A stretch of DNA of 64,000 nt from Eledone cirrhosa (GCA_964016885.1 OZ024742.1:325066001-325130000), one strand, 5' to 3'. Shown: positions 1-13,944, counted from the first letter of the stretch. The notes: generated from the letters alone by a model not told the origin. Numbers and translations: made by a program.

Positions 1-106
1 ATATAAAAACAAATAACGAAACGAAATTAAATTTCGTTTCGTTTGTAACTCACTTTTGTATGACTGACGCTTAAACAATTAAGTTAGTCAGTCATACAAA
101 AGTGTG

Positions 107-143
<37 letters not shown>

Positions 144-228
144 GTTATTCCGGGTTGAATTGTGATTCCTGGTGATTTCTAAAGAATGAAACAGTTCTAG
201 TCCTGTAGAATCTCATCTATATTAAAAC

Positions 229-259
<31 letters not shown>

Positions 260-684
260 TGGTAAACGGAAAAGAAAATGCTGACAGATTATTCACAGTG
301 AAAAATAGTTTAATTAGGAATAAGTGAAAATTAGTAATAGTAATGGTTAGTATTCAGTTTTGGTTTTAAGTTTTATCGGTTGCGCATTTCTAATGCTTTT
401 CATAAATAATTTTGAGATAGAGCGTCCGTGATGTTTGCTCTAATCTGTATATATATATATATATATAATGTAGGAGGTGAGTTTTATTGTAGTACAATAA
501 AGCAATGCAGATATCGGATAAGTAGATATTGGATATGTTGATTTAAAACTGCACCATTTACAAGTGTTTTTTAACCTTCATATCATGTCTCCCTATTTTA
601 TCTGATGAAAACACAAATGTCATCGCATGATGATATTTGTTTTTGAAATGCGCATAATAAAATACATGGAACTCTTTTAACCAT

Positions 685-694
685 CTTTTGATCT

Positions 695-736
<42 letters not shown>

Positions 737-862
737 TTATATATATATTGTGGGCATGTATGTATATATATAAACATACTACTGTACGTCTGTATACATA
801 TATGTATGTACGTATACATACATACATACATACTTACATATATATATTTGTATATATATATA

Positions 863-950
<88 letters not shown>

Positions 951-970
951 CACATACACATATATATGTA
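685..970. repeat. Compound (TA)n/(CA)n microsatellite
   Basis: Direct reading; the overlapping YIYI/THTH ORFs are artefacts. Confidence 0.95.
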
Positions 971-1375
971 TGGGGATGTAGATATTAAACCATTAGACTA
1001 TAAATTCAGAATTCACTGCATAAAGGTTGGCACGATTGTCCGACATTAAATTTCTCAGTTTAGATATAATGGGATAAATTATAACATCAAATTTACAATT
1101 TCATAAGATATGTTTATTCATATTGTAAGGGAAAATAATTCTTCTTCAGCTATTTACGCCCAGATAACTTCAGTTGCTATGCGATCTGAATATCCTATAA
1201 TGATGCAATTAATCAGCTGGTGATTGTAAGACCTACGCCCGGCACAAAGTCTTCCGTCATATGTCAATACTTAATGGTTTAAAGTAAAGAAATTGGCAGG
1301 TTTTTAGATGATTAAAATGTATTCCATTTTAATTTATAAATATGTAAAATGATTTTTGACTCTCTATTTATCTTT

Positions 1376-1831
<456 letters not shown>

Positions 1832-1834
1832 TAT

Positions 1835-2870
1835 ATATTGTTATACTTTCGGAGGGTCATGTTGCCAAATAAGAAACACACGCACCAGTTGCTTTCACTC
1901 CAATTTATTATAAATTAAATTTATAAATTTAAGAAATTTGTAAATTTCCGGTTGGTTGGTTCCACAACCGGACGGTTGTTCATATAGTGTCAACATTCTT
2001 TCGTCACACATTCTGTGACCTCTTCAGTGACTGGGGATTCTTTTCTTTGTTTTGTGCCTCTCTTTTGTTCTGTCCTACACCATCTTCTTTCTGTGTGAGT
2101 TGTGTGCTTCGTTTGCGCATGTGTTACATCCAGTTGTCTGTGTGTGTTTTTATTTGTTTATTAATTGTTTATTTACATGTTACTATTTGATTGTTTGTTC
2201 TATGTGTGTGTGTGTTTTCATTTTGTCCTTAATTGTAAGTTGTGATGTTGCTATTCCATTCATATTTTCTATTTAATTTTGGTTGGAGTTCATTTATGTT
2301 TATTGCACAGAGAAAAGACGCAATGTTTAGACAAATCACAGAGGCAATAAACATGAATGAAATCCAACCAAATTAAATAGAAAACATGAATGGAATAGCA
2401 ACATCACAACTTACAATTAAGGACAAAAAACACACACATAGAACAAACAACCAACTAGTAACATGTAAATAAACAAATGAATAAATAAATAAAAACACAC
2501 ACAGACACCCGGATGTAACACATGCGCAAACTAAGCACACAACGCACACAGAAACAAGATGGCGTAGGACAGAACAAAGGAGAGCCACAAAACAAAGAAA
2601 AGAATCCCCAGTCACTGAAGAGGTTACAGAATGTGTGACGAAAGAACTATGACAATATATGAACAACCGTCCGGTTGTGGAACCAACCAACCAACCGGAA
2701 ATTTACAAATTTCTTAAATTTATGAATTTAATTTATAATAAATTGGAATGAAAGCAACTGGCGCGTGTGTTTCTTATTGGCAACATGATCCTCCCAAAGT
2801 ATAACAATATCGGTTTCAACACAGGTTTTCAGATAAAGAGTCTTGCTAAACAAATTCAGAAACGAAATAT
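1835..2870. mobile_element. Fold-back non-coding repeat (~470-bp inverted arms) between (TA)n tracts; probable PLE 3' end with inverted copy
   Basis: 1835-2306 is the diverged reverse complement of 2344-2810; a related single copy lies at ~51060-51350; degenerate CTGAAAA...GAAACCGATA on the minus strand near 2808-2833. Confidence 0.75.
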
Positions 2871-2873
2871 ATG

Positions 2874-2960
<87 letters not shown>

Positions 2961-3149
2961 TTAACTTCAAGAACTATGCCTGTAAATAACATTATTTTTT
3001 CTTCCACATTGGCCTTTTACGCTCTACAATATTTCCGTTTTCTTTTTCTTTTTTCTCTTTTCTTTTCACTTCATAAACCTTGTTTGTAAATAACATTATT
3101 CTTTCTGCACCTTCTCTTTAAAATGTGTGACACCGCACTAATACATTTC

Positions 3150-3195
3150 ACTATCATTTGATAATGCATAAAAATGATGAAACCGGTAATAGGAA
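3150..3195 (+). ncRNA. Degenerate minimal hammerhead motif (U3-A8 variant)
   Basis: TTGATAA (3158-3164) tgcataaaaatgat GAAAC CG GTA; palindromic stem III typical of PLE hammerheads; stem II weak. Confidence 0.45.
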
Positions 3196-3430
3196 ATTAT
3201 TAAATATATAAATAGATAAATAAATGCCATTATTAAATAATAAATAAATCAACTAATACCTTACCACTTCACACAAAGTAAAACATTTCGTTTTAATCAT
3301 TTTCTAACCCAGAAAAGAGAGAGAGAGAGAAACAAAAAGGAAAAAAAAATTCTTTTTCTTCCTAATAATCGTCTCTTTCTCCCCATTTTCATATATATAT
3401 ATATATATCCTAACTCTAGTGCTTCCTCTC

Positions 3431-3496
<66 letters not shown>

Positions 3497-3789
3497 TGGC
3501 TGCCAACTCGTTTTCGAGTACGGCCACTACTTTATATCCATGTAGGAGAACCCCTACCGATGCGCTGAACGAGTGTGACTTTTTAGTCCAGCCAGCGACT
3601 TGAAAACTCTGGTACAAACACTACACTTGTGACAATTACTGACACATAGTGCTGGGCCCATGGTACCATGTGACGACAAGTGCAGAGAGATCTCCAGATA
3701 TAAAGCAATGCCTGTGCCGTGAAGCTTTTATAGTGAGCAAAGGCACTGCACAAAGCCAGTCCCACTCTCTTAACCAAGATGATATTTAC

Positions 3790-4394
<605 letters not shown>

Positions 4395-5873
4395 TAACTC
4401 AAAGAACGCCTACATAATTATACAATTTTTATTCGCTAACAATGTTTCATCCATACCGTGGGGCAGAATTCCTCAGAGCGTAATCAATAAAAAATATAGT
4501 GCTGAATATAAGCTCTCCCAAGCTTACTCACCAGAAGAGTAGGGAAACAGTACAGGATAGCATGAGGGAGATTGGATATGAGAAGGATGGAGAGAATGCG
4601 TACTGGGTTTATTAGTCAACATTATAACAAACCATGATAATACAATAACACAGGCAGATTTTCCCACAAGAGACTGGGGCATGTAAAGGCATACAAAAAC
4701 AATTTTAAGCAATTAAAGATAATTAAAAAATATAATATATGAAAAAATATATATAAACAAAAAATAAGGATTTTAAGAAAAATAATTTTAAAATAATAAT
4801 TAAAAATAATAAAAAAAAATTTAAAAAGATTTTAAAGGAATTAAAACATTTAAAAATTACAAAAATATAAGTAAAAATATTTTAAAATATTTAAAAATAA
4901 TTAAAAAAATGTTAAAACCTAAAAATTAAAAATTTAAAAATTAGAAAGTTAAAAAATAATAATAAAAAAAATACATAATAGTTATTAAACAAATGGAAAA
5001 AGGAAAAAATAAATAGAGTCATATGAAAAATCAACAAAGGAGGGTATGCAATAGTTACTATAGAAGACAGGTGATTTAGTTTCCCATGCCTTAAATCATG
5101 GAATACTATGAGATCCATAACGTATCTTCAGAAGGTCTAAAGGGGATTGTATCTCCCCACCCAGATAGTATGCGCAAACAGTAGGTTCTGGAATTGTGTG
5201 GGCAAGAGGTGTTAAACTTGCACAAGGACAGGCACCACACCGATCAGAGCCAAACACAGACAAAGCGGGGTTAATACATAAACAAGCCGAGGCAATCAAA
5301 ACAAGCTGAAGCAATCAAAACACAACAAACATGGTTTAGTCACAGTTTAAGGCAATATGGTAAGAAGTCATAATACATGTGGATCAACCGTAGATGGTAA
5401 TCCGGTCGGCGAGAGGTCATATCAAATGAAGATCGTCCATAGATGGTAATCCAACCCTATTCATATGTTCACCAATAAATACCAGCACATATGGTACTAT
5501 GTGTTACAAGCAGAGTTTACACATCCGAATCCTCATACTCTTGAAACTCCAGATTGAGATGTGTTACATGTCCAAGTTATAACCAAGTTATAACTCCAAA
5601 ACCTCCTAAGATTATATGTAACACACTCCGCATTCCAATCTCAATCGCGTCCAAATATTGCCTGATTACATTCAGCAGTAAATTCTCGTTGACTCCTCGC
5701 GTGCAGCACGTGGATCAACAAGCAACACAGAAAATCACATAAAAGTGCTCAGATCAGATCCCTAATTCCACCAGGCACAACAGCATGTCTATCAATTGAG
5801 GTCGTACTCATGCAGGTATACACTAGTCATACATGGCAGGTCCCATATATGCAGTATATTTATGTATAGATAC

Positions 5874-5913
<40 letters not shown>

Positions 5914-6045
5914 GAGTATTTATATTTATATATGTTTGATATAACTATAAATATGTAGGGTAGTACTAACTACTAGCCGGTTACCGGTGTGACAAGAGGC
6001 TCAATGCAAATTTTCAAGTGTTTTACAGACCCGAGATAAAAGCGT

Positions 6046-6363
6046 TAAAACGATCAAATTTTATTTTAGAACATTTATTTACTGACAATTGTTTCTTCCA
6101 GAGGGAAGTCTGGATCCATCGGTATGTAACGAATATCGAAACATGTTACTGCTAGTCATTTAGAACATTTAGGGTACATAATTGTTGTTAGTGTCATAGG
6201 AATCATATGACACTAACAACAAGTATATACCCTAAATGTTATAAATAACTAGGATTTTAGTAACATGTTTCGACATTCCTTATGCTCCGACGAATCCAGA
6301 CTTCCCTCTGGAAGAAACAATTGTCAGCAAATAAATGTTCTAAAATAAAATTTGATCGTTTTA
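6046..6363. repeat. Imperfect fold-back, ~150-bp arms
   Basis: taaaacgatcaaatttt...gttagtgtcata versus tatgacactaac...aaaatttgatcgtttta, with a short loop near 6200. Confidence 0.9.
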
Positions 6364-6371
6364 TCACACTT

Positions 6372-6405
<34 letters not shown>

Positions 6406-6430
6406 AGGTGTGATAAAACGATCAAATTTT

Positions 6431-6468
6431 ACACGCCTTGAGCTCTGCCGTCGGGGGTCATACCTTTT

Positions 6469-6530
<62 letters not shown>

Positions 6531-6732
6531 AAAAGGTATGACCCCGACGGCAGAGCTCAAGGCGTGTCGAGGGCTACTTCTGGACAAAATAGCCGTCCAG
6601 AAATAGCCGTCGAAACGACTTGAGCTCTGCCGTCGGGGTTATAACCTTTCCTATTACCCACTCTACTACCCTAAGTATTGAGTACTCTGGTGCGTTATGG
6701 CCCATCTGGTTCCTTACCATAATTCCTTCGTT
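6431..6732 (+). mobile_element. Short repeat-family fragment (probable PLE terminus) with (TA)n-centred inverted duplication
   Basis: Second copy at 16847-17008; long hairpin ggcta.ttctggac...gtccagaa.tagccgtc followed by GAAAC; bounded by (TA)n. Confidence 0.65.
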
Positions 6733-6770
6733 ATATATATATATATACATATACGTATATATACATATAT

Positions 6771-6865
<95 letters not shown>

Positions 6866-7088
6866 CATGGATGCATTGCAGAATTCAATATTTAAAATCG
6901 TTCTTTTGTCTTCTTACTTAATCTGCTCAACACCAGATAAAAATATTCATTATTCTCCAAATTAATGGCGTCTGTGTGCGTCAGTATGTATGAGTGTGTG
7001 TGTTTCTATTTATATATATAGCCATACATACATGTATATTTATGCATTTACATATGTGTATATATATGCATATATATATATATATATA

Positions 7089-7739
7089 CTGATGAAGGAC
7101 TAACTTTATTCATATGTAACCCATTAGCAACCCGCAGCACGTTTTTCTCATATTTACACATTTTTTTCCCCGCTGTGACCCGTCTATTTCGTTCTTACTG
7201 CTTCCTCTTTCTCTGTATCTTTACCCTCTCTAACAGTCACTCTCTCTGTTAGCCTCTTCCTCACCCTTCACTCACTCATTCTCTGTTACTACCTCTCCTC
7301 CTCCTCCTTCTTCCCGTTTGACCTGTGCGTAATTCTTTTCTTTCGCACCCTTGGTCTGGCAGGTCGCTTTTTTTCTCTCTCTCTCGTCTACGATTTCACA
7401 GAACTTACGTTCACCGAAATCACAGACTAGATCCCTTCTTTCTCCCGTTAGACCTGTACGGAATTCCTTCCTTGCTTACATTCCAACCAGGTTTGATGGT
7501 CTTTATTCTCTCTCGTTCACGATTTCACCGAATTTAAATTCATAGAAACTTGGGACTTGACTCCTTCTTCCTCACTTTTCGTTGCTTCACCATTTTGTTT
7601 GTTTACACTCGTGTCCCCTTTAATTACGTGTCCCAACGACTTTTTTTAGCCGTTGCTCGCACCAACCGGAGGTATATGGTCTTTAAAGCCATGAAATACC
7701 AATGATCGTTGGAATATCACTGATGAAGGACTAACTTTA

Positions 7740-7746
<7 letters not shown>
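7089..7746 (+). mobile_element. Non-coding ~631-nt unit with short terminal redundancy; retrozyme-like family related to the 55.4-56.7 kb array
   Basis: ctgatgaaggactaactttattcatat at 7089 and again at 7720; (TA)n on both sides; conserved structured block 7630-7731. Confidence 0.75.
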
Positions 7747-7804
<58 letters not shown>

Positions 7805-7845
7805 GAGAGCATATATATATATATATAAATGTATCTATCTATCTA

Positions 7846-8420
7846 GGGCGGGTAAAATTCCCGAGATCTATGGACGAGATCTCTCCAGCGGTTTATGTCC
7901 CTCATCATCGCTGCAATGACATGCCTCTCCAAGAGACCAGCGTCTGTCTTTAGGGTATCAACATATGTCAACCTCGGTCTTCCACTTGTGAGCATGTCCA
8001 GCTAAACTCAGTCTCCTCTGTGCAACATTTTAGCTGACATTCGGGAGGCTACCGAACAGCTCTTAGTTCTTCATCCTCAGTGTATACTGATTAATGTTCA
8101 GAGCCATCCTCAGCATTCTCGTGAAGCACCCATCCACCATCTGAGTGAGTTGCTTGGTCAGTATCCAAGTCTCAGACCCGTACAGCAGCACAGACTCCAC
8201 TACAGCAACTAAGTAACGGATCTTTAGGTCTTTACTTACTAATGTAGGTGGTAAGCTGTTAGAATTGATTGAGGGCTTCGTACATCTGGGAGCAAAGATT
8301 GGAAATAGAGAATATGATGTGGTCGAGAGGAAGAGCAAAGCCTGGGTGGTGTGTCAGAGTTTGAAATCGGTGTGGAAGTCGGACCTTCGTAAAAGACCTG
8401 AAGATCCGTCTCTTCGTTGG
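7846..8420 (-). pseudogene. LINE (RTE/CR1-like) RT C-terminal fragment with 5' inversion
   Basis: Minus strand encodes KIRYLVAVVESVLLYGSETW...CFTRMLRMALNI; plus strand 8265-8400 encodes the upstream segment EGFVHLGAKI...KAWVVCQSLKSVWKS. Confidence 0.8.
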
Positions 8421-8487
8421 TGTATATATATATATATACACTTACATATCTATCTATCCCTATCTCCCCCCTCTCTCTCTCTCCCCC

Positions 8488-8519
<32 letters not shown>

Positions 8520-8543
8520 TTATTCACATATACATATATAATG

Positions 8544-8590
8544 GTTTGTATTTTATCCGATCAGTGCGTACCAAAGTTTTTTATTATTAT

Positions 8591-8637
<47 letters not shown>

Positions 8638-8816
8638 GTAATAATAATAAATTTGAAGACTAAAATCTAAAGTGGGCTCGATAAGTTTCAGAAGATCCCG
8701 TTAAGGGTGAAAGCAGCGATTCTTTGCATAAACTTTAATCTGTTATTTTAATATATATATATATATTTCAAGGGTACCAAAACCTTGGTACGCACTGATC
8801 GGATAAAATACGAAGT
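8544..8816. repeat. ~38-bp inverted repeats enclosing (TA)n tracts and a repeat-family fragment also present at 30070-30228
   Basis: gtattttatccgatcagtgcgtaccaa versus ttggtacgcactgatcggataaaatac; shared cagaaga.cccgttaagggtgaaagcagcgattct. Confidence 0.8.
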
Positions 8817-9295
8817 TTGTTTTATAAATATTGACATATCCAGGGTCGAGATCTTAACGGTTCATGTTTTTCCAGAAAAAACTTAAACCGCTAAGATTAT
8901 ACGTACATATAATATACATATATATATATATATACATATTCATATAAGTTCAAACTAAAGAAAAGAACAATCAACTCATAGTAGAGGTCGGGAGTATTCA
9001 TATTACGTATTCACGGCATCTGAAGAGATAAAATAATATACGTCATGAAACGCTGGTAGCGCAGAAATATGTCAAGCTCTATATATCACACTCATTCTCT
9101 TTATATATGTGCATAGATTTATATGCATATATATACGCGTGTGTGTATAAATAAATATATTAATATATGTGTGTGTGGGTATGTGTGTGTGTGTGCGTAT
9201 GTGTGTATGTGCGTGTGTGTGTGTGTGTGCGTGCGTGTGTGTATGGATATGATTTTATACGTAGTATAGTACATGCGAATGTATATAAACGTGCA

Positions 9296-9495
9296 NNNNN
9301 NNNNNNNNNNNNNNNNNNNNNNNNNNNNNNNNNNNNNNNNNNNNNNNNNNNNNNNNNNNNNNNNNNNNNNNNNNNNNNNNNNNNNNNNNNNNNNNNNNNN
9401 NNNNNNNNNNNNNNNNNNNNNNNNNNNNNNNNNNNNNNNNNNNNNNNNNNNNNNNNNNNNNNNNNNNNNNNNNNNNNNNNNNNNNNNNNNNNNNN
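9296..9495. other. Assembly gap (200 N)
   Basis: Run of N inside a (TG)/(CA) microsatellite. Confidence 1.
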
Positions 9496-9520
9496 ACACA
9501 CACACACACACACACGCACG

Positions 9521-9555
<35 letters not shown>

Positions 9556-10477
9556 GTATATATATATATATATTTTATATATGTGTTTATGTATGTGTAA
9601 AGGAGCACAAAAACATTTTTCATGCTTTGTTTATTTATTTTTCTTTCATAATGATTCGACTTTCATTAATGTGTTGTATAAATCCGCCTTTCACAATCGA
9701 TCCACTCCGTTATGCTTGTCTTGTCCTTTCAGGGCGCTTAAAAATACAGCTTCTCTCACTTTACATGAAAGAAAGGATGATTCAAAGAGGCATAATAACA
9801 AAGCATTTGCCATCATAGCAAGATAATTATAGCCCTCCACCCACTAACTTGCTTCCTGAAGCTACCAGGAAAAACTACCGTGAGATGCTAATAATAATTT
9901 CTTAAATAAGCACATAGTTAACGTTCGTCTAACAAGAAAAACAAAGGAGCTTGTGCAAGTCAGAATTTTGTGCTGCAGTGCCTGTGGTGAATCTATAGCC
10001 CAATCCTGGGGCGAGATTCTTTGTGACAGTTTTGGTGTGTACATTTTATATATGACTCTGGCGTGCTGGCTTCAGTTTCTGTCGGCTATATCCACTTTTC
10101 TCCTCATCATTCCACACCCCTCTGGTAATTCGACAGCATGATCATCCTCACGGCATTTGCTGCGATTTATTGTCAATGTTACCTAGCTTGTTGGGTAGGT
10201 GTTACTCACCTTCATATCGCACCTACATTATCTTTTGTAGCATAGGAGGGGAATTGCATTCAATAAAATATACATCGGTACCCATTTCATCCACTTAAAA
10301 CGAATGATCAAAGTTTATGTATTTTATTCATTATCTCTTTGCAACTTTCCATATAGGTGGAATAAGACGAAATGCTGTAAAGTGGTTTATCATTCACATT
10401 TACCTACTGGCATTCTCACAGCCAGTTATCATTTTATTAATTTATTTTGCAGAGTTTAGATTCGTCAAAAATAAATG

Positions 10478-10596
10478 TTTAGTATAGCAATGCAAGCCGT
10501 CATCCACGGGTTCTAAAAGAACAAATTGTTGTATAATTTTTTTCTTCAAATACTACCACCCTATCCGTCGATGACGGCTTGCATTGCTATACTAAA
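10478..10596. repeat. ~32-bp inverted repeat with ~55-nt spacer
   Basis: tttagtatagcaatgcaagccgtcatc versus gatgacggcttgcattgctatactaaa. Confidence 0.9.
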
Positions 10597-11293
10597 TTTT
10601 CTAAGAACTACCTGAGCAGAAAATACAATATACTTCTCATATTAAAAATCAACTATTCATCACGACTGAGAATTTTATTGTAACAGTAAAAGCATCCAGT
10701 ATATCGGACAAAAGTTTCCTTACTCATTTCTTCATAGAAATGTACACGCACAGCAGCTTTTCAAACAATACTCAAGCTAGGACCAATTCTTCGAACATAT
10801 TCTTTATTTCATTGAGATAATTTCCCATTATTTTCCCTCTCTGATGTCAACGTCTTCGTTAAATTAAACTGTGTCAACACTACATGAATCTATGTCTAAT
10901 CTCATACTTATATTGCCAGTCCTCAAACTGAATTTTTCACAGAGCGCAGCACACTTCCCCAAATATTGTCACCGTTTACACACATCTGAATGCCACTCAA
11001 ACAGTCCCAAAAGCCTAATCATATTTTTAAATACAAACCCAATCTCTACTAAATCATACATATCTCTGAACGTCGCCCAAACATAACTACTTATTATACG
11101 TCCACCGCTACTATAATGACCTCTGCATATCCGATAACACTGTTTCGTTTTTTGTGCTTCCATTCAAGCATTCGTGATTTATATCGCTCTCCTGTTTTCA
11201 TCAACCATATTAGTTACAACATTCCAGCATCGTAGTATCAACGCCAACCAAACCTTTATCACTAGAACATCTATTCCGTAGAATTCATTATCT

Positions 11294-11417
<124 letters not shown>

Positions 11418-12097
11418 AGCCGCCGTCAGTAACCAAATCTTTGTATGGAGATTTATCCGAACCGGTCTCACCAGATTTTTGTGATAGAAAAAGTTTTATC
11501 GTGTAGTCAATGGTAAGTGTCCAGTGTTCAGTAACGGTAACTAAACAGTAATAATTTGTCAATAATTATTATAATTCCCCGAGGAGCAATATCACGCACA
11601 CTTAGTAATTTAGAATATATTTGATTGATTTGATGTCAATATATTGCTGATATTTTGGCACGATTAGTTGAGCATGATGTAAATACTTGGTCAGTCTAGT
11701 TTTGGATGCAATTTTCCGTTCGATTTATAACTGATAATACATAATGATTTTCTTGCTAATGCCGTTGACAGATACACATATACAACCACAAGTAATTCCT
11801 AGACTTATACTTCACTCCATTTAGTCTATAAAAGACAAGCATGTCTCAATGTTCATATAATAAACACAATTCTATTAAAATAACCACATACGCACACACT
11901 GGCTCTACCTATCCTTCTTTCCTCCAATTCCTGTATCTTAGGCTGTATACACATCGCCTAATTTCTCCGAGTGCCTGGACGAGTAGCCACTCGTTCCATT
12001 CCCCTTTATTGCAGGAATATATACATATATATATATACGTGGGAAAGTAAGAAATCGGAAAATAGACCGTTAAAACATGTTTATTTAAAACAGCACC

Positions 12098-12128
12098 TAC
12101 GTACGTTTCGCCCAGTTGGGCTTCTCAA
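12098..12128 (-). ncRNA. Minimal hammerhead motif (U3-A8)
   Basis: TTGAGAA gccc aact gggc GAAAC GTAC GTA. Confidence 0.75.
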
Positions 12129-12529
12129 GGGTATAAATAATCAAAAGTGTTCCTTACATTGCTCGGAAATAGTTTTGGGGGTTAAATCCACGTCAAGGTT
12201 CATTGCTCGCAAAAATAGCTTGTTTTGATTTTGCAGCAGGTCAAGGGAGGTAACTCTGGCCGGTGTTAGGGCAGTCTTTCCCAGACAAATTTGTTATCCG
12301 CTACGAGATGAGGTTACAACCTTACCATTGTCGATACGCACGCATGTAATCAACGCTTATTATGAGAGTTTTTTTGCCGCATCTGTTTGTCTGAGTCGTT
12401 TGAGGCTGGGTCTGGTATGTAAGGATAGTTTCCTGGGTGTTATTTTGCAGGGCCTGCCCGCCGGAGTGTTAAGACTTGTTGCAGGGAGATCCGGTGCACG
12501 ATTTTACTCTTCATTCTTAACCCATCTAA

Positions 12530-13098
12530 AGAAGGATATTTTTAAGCGATGTGTACAACCTATCGCTGTTTCAGCTCTGCTCTTGATGAGCTGGTGGGGT
12601 GCAGTTATGATGTGGTAGAGCTCCATGAGGCAAAGATAGCATTTCCTCTTGAAGTTGTACGTTGCAGCCCTGCCCACAATATCCCAGTGCGTGGAGAAGC
12701 TGATGTTTAAGTCCTTTAGTGATGTGATGTAGTCCGCGAGCGACGTGGAGTATCTTAGTTTTTTTATTTGTGAAAGAGTGGAGATGTGTTCGAAACCTAA
12801 TTTTGAACGGGCCTGAGGTAACCCCTGTATAATGTTTAACGCTATTGTGGCTAGTTATAGTGCATCTATATAAAGCCCTATCAGTCAAGCAGTATCCTCT
12901 AAGGGGACAGCGTCCTCTGTCGCGGCAGTTGCAATTTCTGTCGCGGTTCCGTCTATTTCCGACGGTAAGGCTATCATTGTTGCTGCCTACGTTGTTACCC
13001 ACCCTATCGCTGTTGTTGTTAGCACCATTACAACCCACAGCACGCGGGGTGGTGCGATTGTTATTCCGCACGTCATGTCCTGCATGTTCCCTAGTCAT
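12530..13098 (-). pseudogene. PLE GIY-YIG endonuclease, frameshifted
   Basis: CNC-x5-C-x5-C (CNCRDRGRCPLRGYC), then LYRC...YTGVT...FKIRF..H..SF; after a frameshift, KRKCYLCLMELYHII. Confidence 0.85.
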
Positions 13099-13337
13099 TT
13101 CGCGGTTATGCTGGTTGCATCTGCAGATGCCGTTGCCAACACCATTGGATGCTGCCAGGGAGTTGTTAAGGCCGATATAGTTATTGTCAGGTGTAGGTGC
13201 GTCTGTGTCGAGGTGCTGTGTCTTGGTGATCTTACTGTGGTTCGTTGTTCCTATGATGACTTTAATGAAAGCCCCTCTATTAGACTAATATGCCCCACTA
13301 TTAGACTAATAAGGAACACTTTTGATTATTTATTCCC

Positions 13338-13368
13338 TTGAGAAGCCCAACTGGGCGAAACGTACGTA
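13338..13368 (+). ncRNA. Minimal hammerhead motif (U3-A8), inverted copy
   Basis: Identical core to 12098-12128. Confidence 0.75.
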
Positions 13369-13944
13369 GGTGCTGTTTTAAATAAACATGTTTTAACGGT
13401 CTATTCTCCGATTTCTTACTTTCCCACGTGCTTACGCTCTGCTAAATCCCTAACCCACTAAATATTAACACTTCGAATATTTAATACTGCCGGCACTAGT
13501 ATCGAGCCCCTTTGGCATACGCTACTTGGCAAATAACTATATGTATCACCTATCTCCCCCCCCCTTTTTTTTTTCTCTCTCTCGATACATAAATACTGTA
13601 TACATATATATATATATATAGAAAAGATGAATATAAAATGAAAGTGCTTTTTTTAAAAAAGGAATCTATTATGTATTGACATATGTTTCTGTAACAGACG
13701 GAATACCTATGTATCGCTGCTTGCGTAATCATATAATGTTAGCAAGTATTCGATAGCAAATGTATAATCAGTTGTCACTTCTTCAGAGATTTTGGATAAA
13801 TTGGATAAAATCAGAAAAATTGAAGTATTTATATTAGTAATAGAGATATATATATATGAAAAAGATTAACAGAAATAACAATACAGTCGGTACAGTATAT
13901 GGAAGGAATATATTAGGTTAACGCTTGAAATAGCAGGAAGAGAG

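Larger units (their letters stand above)
12037..13560 (-). mobile_element. 5'-truncated Naiad-type PLE with inverted terminal copy
   Basis: GIY-YIG remnant on the minus strand; 12037-12156 is the inverse of 13310-13429; hammerhead in both arms; same family at 44340-45389. Confidence 0.85.

Noticed and set aside
4400-5880. A-rich tract and adjacent sequence resembling a PLE 3' UTR
   Set aside because: No second copy, ORF or complete ribozyme core to support a call.
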